Assembly (NCBI GenBank): GCA_024635665.1
Contig: JAGXIM010000058.1
Span: forward strand, 1-50,973
Source of the DNA: Salinimicrobium sp.
GTDB lineage: Bacteria > Bacteroidota > Bacteroidia > Flavobacteriales > Flavobacteriaceae
Length of the DNA: 50,973 bases
Direction of reading: 5' to 3'
How positions within the stretch are numbered: position 1 is the first letter of the stretch; the number at the start of each line of letters is the position of its first letter. The translations under genes were made by a program, and so were the position numbers. Of the stretch, positions 18,705 through 27,508 are shown in pieces. The notes under the pieces were generated by a model that was not told where the DNA came from, searched no databases, and was given only the letters and a program-made list of their open reading frames with translations.

Positions 18705-20126
18705 CTATTTAAGGATTTCGGGAGATTTCTGGATGCGATCAAAGCCGTACTTATCTACCAGATAAACCAGTGACGCCATAGTCGCCGCGCCCAGTTCCAA
18801 TTCTCTTTTATTCACAGCATCAAAAGTATCGGTTGCGGCGTGGTGATAGTCAAAGTAACGTTGGGAATCGGGTCGCAATCCGGCCAATACGGTATTTCCA
18901 TTTTCCAGAGGACTAATATCTGCCCCACTTCCTCCCAATTCGAAGTAATGGATTAAATACGGCTTAAAAAGGGGCTCCCAATTCTGGATTTTTTCAAATT
19001 GTGATGGTCTTGCGTTGAAAGAAAATCCGCGGGGGGTAAACCCACCGGCATCACTTTCAAGTGCAAAAATGTGGTTTTCCTTCTTTTGTTTGGCTACATC
19101 GGCATATTTGTTCCCGCCCCTTAGACCATTTTCTTCATTCATAAAAAGCACCACCCTTATTGTCCTTTTTGGGCGGATCCCGGTTTCTTTGAATAACCTC
19201 AAAACTTCCATGGATTGTACCACCCCGGCACCATCATCATGGGCGCCATCACCCAGGTCCCAGCTGTCCAAATGCCCACCTACCACAATAATTTCTTCAG
19301 GTTTTTCACTTCCAGTGATCTCCCCAATCACGTTGTGGGATTCAACATCGGGATAATTACGCGGGCTCATTTTAAAATAAAAATCCAGGTCGGTGTTCAG
19401 TTTTAGCATGCTGCTTAGGTATTCCGCATCTTGTGTGCTGATAGCCGCTGCCGGAATCCTTTTACTATCGGGCATGTCCCCATAGCTCATGGAACCCGTA
19501 TGTGGATAGTGGTCTATCTTATGGGTTAAAGAACGCACGATCACCCCAACAGCACCATACTTTGCCGCTTCTTTTGCTCCTGAATATCTTTGGTCCACAC
19601 AACCGCCGTAGGCAGAAAAAGTCTGGATCACATCTGGGGGCATGGGACGATTGAAGAAAACTATTTTTCCCTCGATCTGCCCCTTTCCATAGAGTTGCAA
19701 ATCTTCTAGTCCCTGGACTTCAATGACATTAGCTCTCAGACCGGTATCTGGTGTTGCCACCGAACCTCCCAAAGCCACAATATTCACTACATTGGTTGGT
19801 CCCCCCGCTGCCTGCACATAGGCATATTCTTTTACCCCACGTGTCCATTTTGGTACCATTACCGGCTGCAACCAGACTTTGTCAAGGCCTAATTTTTCAA
19901 GTTCGTCCTTTGTGTACTGTACAGCCCGCTCGGCATTAACCGAACCAGACAACCTGCCACCAATCTTGTTTGAAAGATGGTCCAGCCACTCATAACTCTG
20001 GCCGTTGAGCAGGGACATGTCGTACAATTTCCGAAGGTTCAAAGAATCTTCCTGAGCTGCAGATGTTTGGGCACTGGCCGATATCGCTAAACAGAACAGA
20101 AAAAAACAAGTGGCTATATATTTCAT
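18705..20126 (-). CDS. M28 family metallopeptidase (carboxypeptidase Q-like), secreted
   Basis: Signal peptide; GGHLDSWD, GAHDDGAG, NEENGLRG, ESD and YHHAATD motifs; PA-like insert. Confidence 0.88.
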   Translation of the reverse strand: MKYIATCFFLFCLAISASAQTSAAQEDSLNLRKLYDMSLLNGQSYEWLDHLSNKIGGRLSGSVNAERAVQYTKDELEKLGLDKVWLQPVMVPKWTRGVKEYAYVQAAGGPTNVVNIVALGGSVATPDTGLRANVIEVQGLEDLQLYGKGQIEGKIVFFNRPMPPDVIQTFSAYGGCVDQRYSGAKEAAKYGAVGVIVRSLTHKIDHYPHTGSMSYGDMPDSKRIPAAAISTQDAEYLSSMLKLNTDLDFYFKMSPRNYPDVESHNVIGEITGSEKPEEIIVVGGHLDSWDLGDGAHDDGAGVVQSMEVLRLFKETGIRPKRTIRVVLFMNEENGLRGGNKYADVAKQKKENHIFALESDAGGFTPRGFSFNARPSQFEKIQNWEPLFKPYLIHYFELGGSGADISPLENGNTVLAGLRPDSQRYFDYHHAATDTFDAVNKRELELGAATMASLVYLVDKYGFDRIQKSPEILK

Positions 20127-20305
20127 TATAAATTAATTGTCAAATGATTGAATTGAAACAAAAGTAAAAAACCATACCAAACTTAGCAGAATATTTGTTT
20201 TTTTATGGTTTTTATCATTAGAGGATAAAAGTGCTCAATAATTGGCCTCCGTGGTCATCCAAAAATGCCACTATTTTCATATCTTTCGAACAAAATTCAG
20301 CCCCC

Positions 20306-20896
20306 TTGGACAAAGAAGAAATTATCAATAATGTATCTATTTTACTTCAGGAAGTGCCTACTTCCATGGAAATTGTAAAAGACGATCACAAACGCGAGAA
20401 ACGTTTTAGATATCTGGCAAAACACATGGTTGAAAAAGCCATTGAGAAAGATGCTTTAATTGTTTCAGAAGACAATAAAGGAATTGCGATTCTTTTCCGC
20501 ATTAACAGTAAGGAAAAAAACTTTTGGAAGGATTTGATCATGGACCTGAAACTTGCCCTCAATGTCACGGGAATAAAAAAAGGTCTGAAAGCTTTGAAAA
20601 CACAAGCATATGTAAAAAGTCAAAGGCCTAAAGAAGGAGATTACCTGTATTGTTGGTTCTGGGGAATCCTAAGTGACGCGCGTGGCAGCGACAATAAGAA
20701 AACGGCCTACGAAATGAAAAATCAATTCTATGCCACTGCCAAAGACCTGCAGTTACCCATTTATGCTGAAACAAGGATTAAGAGGATAAGCCTGGCCTAT
20801 AGAAGGTATGGGTTCGAATTATTCAATGAATGGGACCATCCCAGTGGTGGGAAAATGTACTTTTTAAAATACACGCCGCCTTCCAGGGAGAGTTAG
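20306..20896 (+). CDS. Hypothetical protein, GNAT-like
   Basis: YLYCWFWG..SDARG, LPIYAET and YRRYGFE resemble a GNAT C-terminus. Likely TTG start at 20306; the ORF track extends it to 20231. Confidence 0.55.
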   Translation: MDKEEIINNVSILLQEVPTSMEIVKDDHKREKRFRYLAKHMVEKAIEKDALIVSEDNKGIAILFRINSKEKNFWKDLIMDLKLALNVTGIKKGLKALKTQAYVKSQRPKEGDYLYCWFWGILSDARGSDNKKTAYEMKNQFYATAKDLQLPIYAETRIKRISLAYRRYGFELFNEWDHPSGGKMYFLKYTPPSRES

Positions 20897-20946
20897 GTTC
20901 TCAAGTGTTTTCAATAGGCTTTTATACTACTTTTGGATCGTCCTTC

Positions 20947-22110
20947 TTATTTGCTGGCGAAGAGGCGAACGTCTTCTTCACTTACTTCTTTGCCTCCCAG
21001 GATTATAAGTCGTTCCACTACATTCCGCAGTTCGCGGATATTTCCTGTCCAGTTGTATTCTTTCAGAAGTTCAAGCGCATCTTTTGTAAAAGTTTTAGGA
21101 TTAACACCTTGTTCTTCGGTGATCTTTTCGGCAAAGAACTTGACCAGGAGTGGAATATCTTCACGGCGCTCGTTCAAGGACGGTACCTGGATCAAAATCA
21201 CGGCCAGCCTGTGGTAAAGGTCTTCCCGAAAGTTATTTTCCCTTATCTCCTTTTGCAAATCTTTATTGGTAGCGGCCACAACCCGAACATTCACTTTGAT
21301 GTCCTTGTCGCTTCCCACCCGGGAAATCGTGCTTTCCTGAAGGGCGCGCAGCACCTTTGCCTGAGCAGAAAGGCTCATATCACCCACCTCATCGAGAAAA
21401 ATAGTACCTCCGTTCGCTGCCTCAAATTTCCCTGCCCTGTCTTTGTTGGCTGAAGTAAAAGCACCTTTTACATGCCCAAAAAGTTCGCTTTCTATTAATT
21501 CTGAAGGAATGGCGGCACAGTTAACTTCTATCATAGGCCCCGAAGAACGATCGCTTTTTTGGTGCAACCAATGTGCCACCAGCTCTTTTCCCGTACCGTT
21601 GGGTCCTGTGATAAGCACCCGCGCATCTGTTGGGGCAACTTTTTCGATAATATCCTTGATACGGGTAATTTTTTCAGATTTCCCAACCATTTCGAAATTC
21701 TTGCCAACCTTTTTCTTAAGACGGGTATTTTCCACCATCAGCTCTTTCCTATCCAGGGCATTGCGTACTGTGTTCAGCAGCCTGTTAAGATCTGGCGGCT
21801 TTGAAATATAATCAAAAGCGCCCAGTCTCATCGTGTTCACGGCTGTATCCAGGTCGCCGTGGCCAGAGATCATTACCATGGGGATTTCCGGCTTCAGTTT
21901 CTTGACAGCCTCCAACACTTCTACCCCATCCATCTTCGGCATTTTTATATCACAAAGCACCAGGTCATATTCCTGCTGCTTTATCTTTTCCATTCCTTCA
22001 ACCCCATCTACGGCCTCATCAACTTCATATGTATTGTTTTCTTCAGTAAGGATCTTGATCAATACCCTTCTAATGGCTGCTTCGTCTTCTATTAATAATA
22101 TTTTTGGCAT
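20947..22110 (-). CDS. Sigma54-dependent response regulator (REC + AAA+), no C-terminal HTH
   Basis: REC domain with DIKMP; GPNGTGKE, ESELFGHVKGAFTSA, FLDEVGD and WTGNIRELRN; protein ends right after the AAA lid. Confidence 0.93.
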   Translation of the reverse strand: MPKILLIEDEAAIRRVLIKILTEENNTYEVDEAVDGVEGMEKIKQQEYDLVLCDIKMPKMDGVEVLEAVKKLKPEIPMVMISGHGDLDTAVNTMRLGAFDYISKPPDLNRLLNTVRNALDRKELMVENTRLKKKVGKNFEMVGKSEKITRIKDIIEKVAPTDARVLITGPNGTGKELVAHWLHQKSDRSSGPMIEVNCAAIPSELIESELFGHVKGAFTSANKDRAGKFEAANGGTIFLDEVGDMSLSAQAKVLRALQESTISRVGSDKDIKVNVRVVAATNKDLQKEIRENNFREDLYHRLAVILIQVPSLNERREDIPLLVKFFAEKITEEQGVNPKTFTKDALELLKEYNWTGNIRELRNVVERLIILGGKEVSEEDVRLFASK

Positions 22111-22245
22111 TCCCAATTAATTTTGTTTTTGAAACTGAACTTAACAATTTTTCGCCCTCTCGTTCTATGGCACATAGGCTTCCGAAGGCGTACAGGTAAT
22201 ATACTAAATGTTATCAAGATTGGCATGGTTTCCCACACCATGGTT

Positions 22246-23160
22246 TCAGCTTTCTTCTGAATCTGCCGGACTTCCCCCAGTCCTGAAGAAATGTACATCG
22301 CGTTGTGGAAACGGAATGGTAACGTTGTTTTCCCTGAATTTCTGGTCGATCTTGTAACGCACCTGACTTTTAATTTTTGGATCTACAAAACTATCAGTTA
22401 TGAAAAAATTCACAGAAAAAATAAGTGCCGAATCCCCAAAGTCTTCAAAAAGGACAAAAGGAACAGGTTTTTTTGTGATCCCAGCCTGATCTTTGACGCA
22501 GTCCAGTAAAATTTGTCTTACCAGTTCAACATCACTCCCATAGGCCACCCCCACTCTCACCAATTCCCGGGTGGTACGGTGGTTTTGCGTAAAATTCAGG
22601 ATAATTTCACTGGTGAATTTGTGATTGGGAATAACCATTACTTTATCGTCGCGGGTGAGTAACCGGGTTGTCCTGAGTTTTATATCAATCACCCTCCCGA
22701 CTCTCCCTTCCATTTCTACCACATCTCCAACTAAAACAGACTTATCGATTATGATAAAAAGCCCTCCAATAATGTCCTGAAAAAGCTCCTGGAGCGCAAA
22801 CCCCAGCCCTACAAAAAGGGCGGCCGAGGCGGTGAGAAGGATCGTAATATTTATTCCTACAGAACTCAGTACGATCACCACCACAATGACATACACCAGG
22901 TATCGTACGAATTTGAAAACGCTTATGAACTTCAGCTTATCAGATTCCGGCATTTTCCGGGTAAAAAGAAGGCGTACCCAGCGCAAGGCCACATTAGTAA
23001 CCAAAAAAGCCAAAATGATCAGCAAAATCACACCAACAGTGATCTTCATCTCCTCGTCACCACTCTGGAAAGGGATAATAGTAGTTTGCAAGAAATCCTG
23101 GATTTCTCCCCAGATATTTTCTTCAATTACTTCCTTAACCTGATCAACCCCACTTTGCAT
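22246..23160 (-). CDS. MscS family mechanosensitive channel
   Basis: GLGFALQ, IPNHKF, VGVAYGSD, FGDSAL and IPFPQRD motifs. Confidence 0.93.
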   Translation of the reverse strand: MQSGVDQVKEVIEENIWGEIQDFLQTTIIPFQSGDEEMKITVGVILLIILAFLVTNVALRWVRLLFTRKMPESDKLKFISVFKFVRYLVYVIVVVIVLSSVGINITILLTASAALFVGLGFALQELFQDIIGGLFIIIDKSVLVGDVVEMEGRVGRVIDIKLRTTRLLTRDDKVMVIPNHKFTSEIILNFTQNHRTTRELVRVGVAYGSDVELVRQILLDCVKDQAGITKKPVPFVLFEDFGDSALIFSVNFFITDSFVDPKIKSQVRYKIDQKFRENNVTIPFPQRDVHFFRTGGSPADSEES

Positions 23161-23162
23161 AC

Positions 23163-24455
23163 TTAATATTTAAGCCATTTATACAATTCTTTATAGCTTG
23201 GTTTTTTGCCGTACATCAAAATCCCCACCCTATATATTTTTGCTGCGACCCAAACCACACCCGCAATACTCAAAATTAACAAACCAATGGAGATGGCCAG
23301 TTCCCACCAGGCCACCCCAAATGGGATCCTCATGAGCATTACGATTGGTGAGGTAAGCGGAACCATTGAAAATACCACGGAAACCAATCCGTGCGGATTT
23401 TCTAAAACAGCAAAAAAACCGACATAAATTCCCAGCATAAGTGGCAGGATCACTGGCAACAAAAACTGCTGGGTATCGGTTTCGTTATCAACTGCAGCAC
23501 CAATGGCTGCATAAATTGCGCTGTACAAAAAATAACCACCAATAAAATAGACCAGAAAGCTCACCAGCAAAGTCAACATTGGCAGTTTGGCTATATCTAT
23601 GACCAATTGCTGCAATTCATTATCAGAAATTTGCTCCATTGCCTGTTGTTGTGGCCCATCTACGGCAGCAATCTCCACCCCGGCAATAGATGAAACAATG
23701 GTCAACATGATCCCTCCTAATACCACCCAGATGAAAAATTGGGTAATACCTGCCAAAGAAGTCCCTAATATTTTGCCAAGCATCAGATGGATTGGTTTTA
23801 CCGAAGATATTATGATCTCAATGATCCTGTTTGTTTTTTCCTCGATCACACTCCTCATCACCATATTCCCGTAGATAATAATAAACATCATAAGTAGATA
23901 TCCGGCTGCCCCACCAAATAACATTTTGACGTAGGTGGCCATTTTGGAAGTGCGTTCCCCCGCAAAATTCTGAATTTCGATTGATACTGTAGATTGGGAT
24001 TCTTCGATTAGATCCACATCGATCCCGCGTGCCTGAAGTTCCAAATTGGTGAGTTTGCTCCCAATTGTTTTTTCGACCTGTGTAAGAAAACCAAAGGCCG
24101 GTGCTTCTTTGGCGAAGAATTGAATTTTGGGAGGTTCATTTCCTAATATTTTGGGAATATGCACCAAGCCCATATATTCTTTCTCTTCCACAATCACCTT
24201 GGCTTCTTTAAGTGGAATATCAGAAAGATCCATAAATGCGACATCTTTAGAATCCTCAAATTCTGTAACAAATAGCCCACTCTCATCATTAATGCCCACT
24301 ACCTTCTGCACATCACTGTTCAAATTGACCAGGAAAGCAATCAACACGATCATACCCACCAGGATCAAAGGGCTCAAAAAGGTCATTACGATGAAGGCTT
24401 TGTTCCGCACCCGGGCCAAATATTCCCTTTTGATTATTAGTTTCAGGTTACGCAT
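23163..24455 (-). CDS. ABC-2 type transporter permease (NatB-like)
   Basis: IIKREY and VIEEKTNRIIEIIISSV..LMLGKILG motifs. Confidence 0.9.
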   Translation of the reverse strand: MRNLKLIIKREYLARVRNKAFIVMTFLSPLILVGMIVLIAFLVNLNSDVQKVVGINDESGLFVTEFEDSKDVAFMDLSDIPLKEAKVIVEEKEYMGLVHIPKILGNEPPKIQFFAKEAPAFGFLTQVEKTIGSKLTNLELQARGIDVDLIEESQSTVSIEIQNFAGERTSKMATYVKMLFGGAAGYLLMMFIIIYGNMVMRSVIEEKTNRIIEIIISSVKPIHLMLGKILGTSLAGITQFFIWVVLGGIMLTIVSSIAGVEIAAVDGPQQQAMEQISDNELQQLVIDIAKLPMLTLLVSFLVYFIGGYFLYSAIYAAIGAAVDNETDTQQFLLPVILPLMLGIYVGFFAVLENPHGLVSVVFSMVPLTSPIVMLMRIPFGVAWWELAISIGLLILSIAGVVWVAAKIYRVGILMYGKKPSYKELYKWLKY

Positions 24456-25377
24456 CCGTCGTTACGGTTTTAATGAATATCTCGTTCACCGAAGGGACCA
24501 CCTCCACAAAATGGTTCACCTGCGCCTGGCTGGTGAGGTAAATTAGCAGCTCATTTGACGTTGAATCTGGGTTGATTTGTATTTGCAATTTCAGGTCGTC
24601 GTTAATGCTCTTAAAATCTGTATCAGAAATTTTAAATTTGGTTTCCAGTTCCTTCCGCAGGTTTTCTGGATCCTTAGCTTCCAGCCCCACTTCAAAAGTA
24701 TTGGATTTATATTGACGTTTGATCTCGTTCACCTTCCCATCCAGCAGTTTTTCCCCCATATGGATAAGAGCCATATAATCGCACATTTCCTCCACACTCT
24801 CCATTCTATGGGTTGAAAAAAGAATGGTTGCGCCTTCATCCCTTAGCTGAAGGATCTCATCTTTGATCATATTGGCGTTCACAGGGTCAAACCCACTGAA
24901 AGGTTCATCAAAAATGAGCAATTTTGGCCGATGCAAAACTGTAACCACAAATTGCACTTTTTGAGCCATTCCTTTAGAAAGTTCCTGGATCTTTTTGCCC
25001 CACCAATCTTCTATTTTGAGTCGTTTAAACCAATATTCCAACCTCTCTTTAGCTTCCGCTTTTGAGAGTCCCTTTAGTTGTGCCAGGTACAAAGCCTGTT
25101 CACCTACCTTCATAGATTTGTACAACCCCCTTTCTTCGGGTAGGTAGCCAATATGCTGAATATCGGATGGTTTTAACACATGGTCATCGAGTAGAACCTG
25201 CCCGCTATCGGGTAGGGTAATTTGATTGATGATCCTAATAAAAGTTGTTTTCCCGGCACCGTTAGGGCCCAGTAGCCCAAAAACACTTCCGCGCGGAATT
25301 TGGAGGGAAACATTATTGAGGGCAGTAAATTTGCCAAAGTGCTTTGAAACATTTTCTGCCACCAGCAGGTTATCCAT
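24448..25377 (-). CDS. ABC transporter ATP-binding protein
   Basis: GPNGAGKT, LSKGMAQK, DEPFSGFDP and STH motifs. Confidence 0.95.
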   Translation of the reverse strand: MDNLLVAENVSKHFGKFTALNNVSLQIPRGSVFGLLGPNGAGKTTFIRIINQITLPDSGQVLLDDHVLKPSDIQHIGYLPEERGLYKSMKVGEQALYLAQLKGLSKAEAKERLEYWFKRLKIEDWWGKKIQELSKGMAQKVQFVVTVLHRPKLLIFDEPFSGFDPVNANMIKDEILQLRDEGATILFSTHRMESVEEMCDYMALIHMGEKLLDGKVNEIKRQYKSNTFEVGLEAKDPENLRKELETKFKISDTDFKSINDDLKLQIQINPDSTSNELLIYLTSQAQVNHFVEVVPSVNEIFIKTVTTDA

Positions 25378-25487
25378 AAATAAACTTTGTGTAAATATAT
25401 TGAAATGCCTGTTGAAACTTTGAGATTAGGAATATTTTAAGATTCTGCACCTCAAAAAAAAATATCATTCAATCCCCTGGCTCTACC

Positions 25488-25523
25488 AAAAACAAAACCC
25501 ACCCTTGATTGCTCAAGGATGGG
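25488..25523 (-). terminator. Rho-independent terminator for dnaJ and/or the candidate sRNA
   Basis: CCCAUCCUUGA-GCAA-UCAAGGGUGGG-UUUUGUUUUU. Confidence 0.85.
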
Positions 25524-25575
25524 AAAAAAATTGCTATGAAAAAGAAAAATTATCATTAACTAGTTGTCAATGATA
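25488..25575 (-). ncRNA. Candidate ~85-nt small RNA between dnaJ and the ABC operon
   Basis: -7 box TATATTTG (25578-25585), 10-bp 5' hairpin, 27-nt U-rich linker, 11-bp stem with GCAA loop and U-tract. The G-U pairs are only valid on the minus strand. Confidence 0.6.
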
Positions 25576-25610
25576 TTCAAATATATGTAAAAAAAATTAA
25601 CATTCCCACA

Positions 25611-26738
25611 TTATGTAAACATATCTTTAACTTTCTCAAAAAATGATTTATCGTTCTTTTCCGGGTTTGGCTGAAAATGTTCGTCGTCTGCCATTCTTTC
25701 AAAGAAATCCCTTTGCTCACGACTCAGGGTTTTAGGTGTCCACACATTGACGTGCACCAATAAATCCCCTTTTCCATATCCGTTAATGTTCGGAATCCCT
25801 TTACCACGAAGACGCAAGATCTTTCCAGACTGCACTCCTTCTTCTATTTTGATCCGCACTTTTCCTGAAACTGTATCGATTTCCCTGGACGCACCCAGGG
25901 CAGCTTCCGAAAGGCTTATATATAGGTCGTAATGCAGGTTATCTCCTTCCCGCTGTAAAGCTGGGTGCTCTTTTTCTTCAATTGCCACCAAAAGGTCTCC
26001 TGGGATGCCATTTCCGGGAGCGTCATTCCCTTTACCTGCTACCTTGAGCTGCATTCCTTCTACTACCCCGGCTGGGATTTTAATAGAAACAGTCTCTTCC
26101 TGCATCACGAGTCCGTTTGCATCTGCATCTGCAGGTTTATGGTCAATAATTTGTCCACTTCCCCCACAACTTGTACAGGGCGAGGCTGTTTGCATCCTTC
26201 CCAAAATAGTATTTGTCACCCGTGTTACCTGGCCGGTACCTTTACAGGTAGGACAGGTCTTGTACGTGGTGCCTTTTGCCTGCAACTTCCGTTTTACTTT
26301 GATCTTCTTTTCGACCCCATTGGCAATTTCTTCCAATGTCAGGGCAACACGAATCCTTAGGTTACTTCCTTTTACCCTTCGCTGGCCACCTCCAAAGCCG
26401 CCACCGAAACCAGAGAATCCGCCGCCGCCGCCGCCAAAAGCGCCGCCAAAGATATCTCCAAACTGGCTAAAGATGTCATCCATATTCATTCCGCCACCGC
26501 CGCCAAAGCCGCCGCCTTCAAATGCCTGATGGCCAAAACGATCGTAACGTGCCCGCTTGTCTTCATTGCTCAAGACTTCATATGCTTCGGCAGCTTTTTT
26601 GAACATTTCCTCAGCCTTCTCATCCCCCGGATTTTTATCTGGGTGAAATTCTATGGCTTTTTTACGATATGCCTTTTTTACCTCAGCAACAGTTGCGCTT
26701 TTACTTATGCCTAATATTTCGTAATAATCCTGTTTCAT
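25611..26738 (-). CDS. dnaJ: Molecular chaperone DnaJ
   Basis: J-domain with HPD, G/F-rich region, two CxxCxGxG repeats, C-terminal domain. Confidence 0.98.
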   Translation of the reverse strand: MKQDYYEILGISKSATVAEVKKAYRKKAIEFHPDKNPGDEKAEEMFKKAAEAYEVLSNEDKRARYDRFGHQAFEGGGFGGGGGMNMDDIFSQFGDIFGGAFGGGGGGFSGFGGGFGGGQRRVKGSNLRIRVALTLEEIANGVEKKIKVKRKLQAKGTTYKTCPTCKGTGQVTRVTNTILGRMQTASPCTSCGGSGQIIDHKPADADANGLVMQEETVSIKIPAGVVEGMQLKVAGKGNDAPGNGIPGDLLVAIEEKEHPALQREGDNLHYDLYISLSEAALGASREIDTVSGKVRIKIEEGVQSGKILRLRGKGIPNINGYGKGDLLVHVNVWTPKTLSREQRDFFERMADDEHFQPNPEKNDKSFFEKVKDMFT

Positions 26739-26771
26739 TATAAGTTCTTGTTCTTAATTTTTGATTATAAA

Positions 26772-27353
26772 CTATCTCCCTGTCACCACCTTTGGATAAC
26801 GGATAATTCTTTCTCCCAGTTTATAACCTTTTTCTACTACGTCAACAATCTTGCCCTTTAATTTATCTGAAGGCGCAGGGATTTGCGTAATAGCTTCATG
26901 GATCTCCGGATCAAAGTTGTCGCCTTCCCTGACTTTCATCACCTCCAGGCCTTTCGAACGCAAGGTTTCCTTGAATTTGTTATGTATAAGCTCAACTCCT
27001 TTCAAAAGGTTTTTATCTTTCGCTTTTGTGATTTCATTTAGGGCACGGTCAAAATCGTCCAGGACCGGCAACATTGACGTTATTACGTCCTGGCTGGCAG
27101 TCTTGAACAACTCCACCCGCTCCTTGCTCGTGCGTCTTTTGTAGTTTTCAAATTCAGCGAACAGCCTCAGGAACTTATCCTTTTCCTTTTCAAGACCGGC
27201 TTTTAGTTGCTCTTTTTCTGAATTTGGTTCATCTTCCCCTTGATTTTCCTGCTCTCCTGCCTCCTCAATAGCCTCATCGAGAATATCCTCCACCTGGTCT
27301 TTTAGGCTCTCTTCTTCTGATATATTTTCTTCTTCACGTTTTTTATCGCTCAT
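26772..27353 (-). CDS. grpE: Nucleotide exchange factor GrpE
   Basis: LRLFAEFENYKRR, LPVLDDFDRA, FDPEIHEA and GYKLGERIIR motifs. Confidence 0.97.
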   Translation of the reverse strand: MSDKKREEENISEEESLKDQVEDILDEAIEEAGEQENQGEDEPNSEKEQLKAGLEKEKDKFLRLFAEFENYKRRTSKERVELFKTASQDVITSMLPVLDDFDRALNEITKAKDKNLLKGVELIHNKFKETLRSKGLEVMKVREGDNFDPEIHEAITQIPAPSDKLKGKIVDVVEKGYKLGERIIRYPKVVTGR

Positions 27354-27386
27354 ATTTCAATAGTATTAGATTCCTTCAACCAACAG

Positions 27387-27426
27387 ACAAAAGTGCTGCC
27401 AATAAATATAAGATGTCAAAATGTCA
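27387..27426 (-). promoter_or_regulatory. Sigma54-like promoter plus TGACA direct repeat upstream of grpE
   Basis: Minus strand TTGGCAGCACTTTTGT (GG-N10-GT, a variant of -24/-12), preceded by TGACA-ttt-TGACA. Confidence 0.55.
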
Positions 27427-27508
27427 CCAGAATCTTTTAATAGTATTTTAAGATTATTCGATTGTTAAAGATCTAATTTCGCGCCTTAATTAATCCAAAA
27501 TAAGAAAA

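Noticed and set aside
25536-25559. Plus-strand mini-ORF MKKKNYH*
   Set aside because: Only 7 codons and no plus-strand promoter evident; both flanking stems fold better on the minus strand. Treated as the complement of the sRNA seed, though not strictly excluded.
26005-26529. 174-aa Pro-rich ORF and (GCC)n runs
   Set aside because: Antisense of the dnaJ Gly/Phe-rich region; the repeats simply encode poly-Gly.
25611-27353. grpE-dnaJ without dnaK or hrcA
   Set aside because: Usual arrangement in Bacteroidota; not novel in itself.
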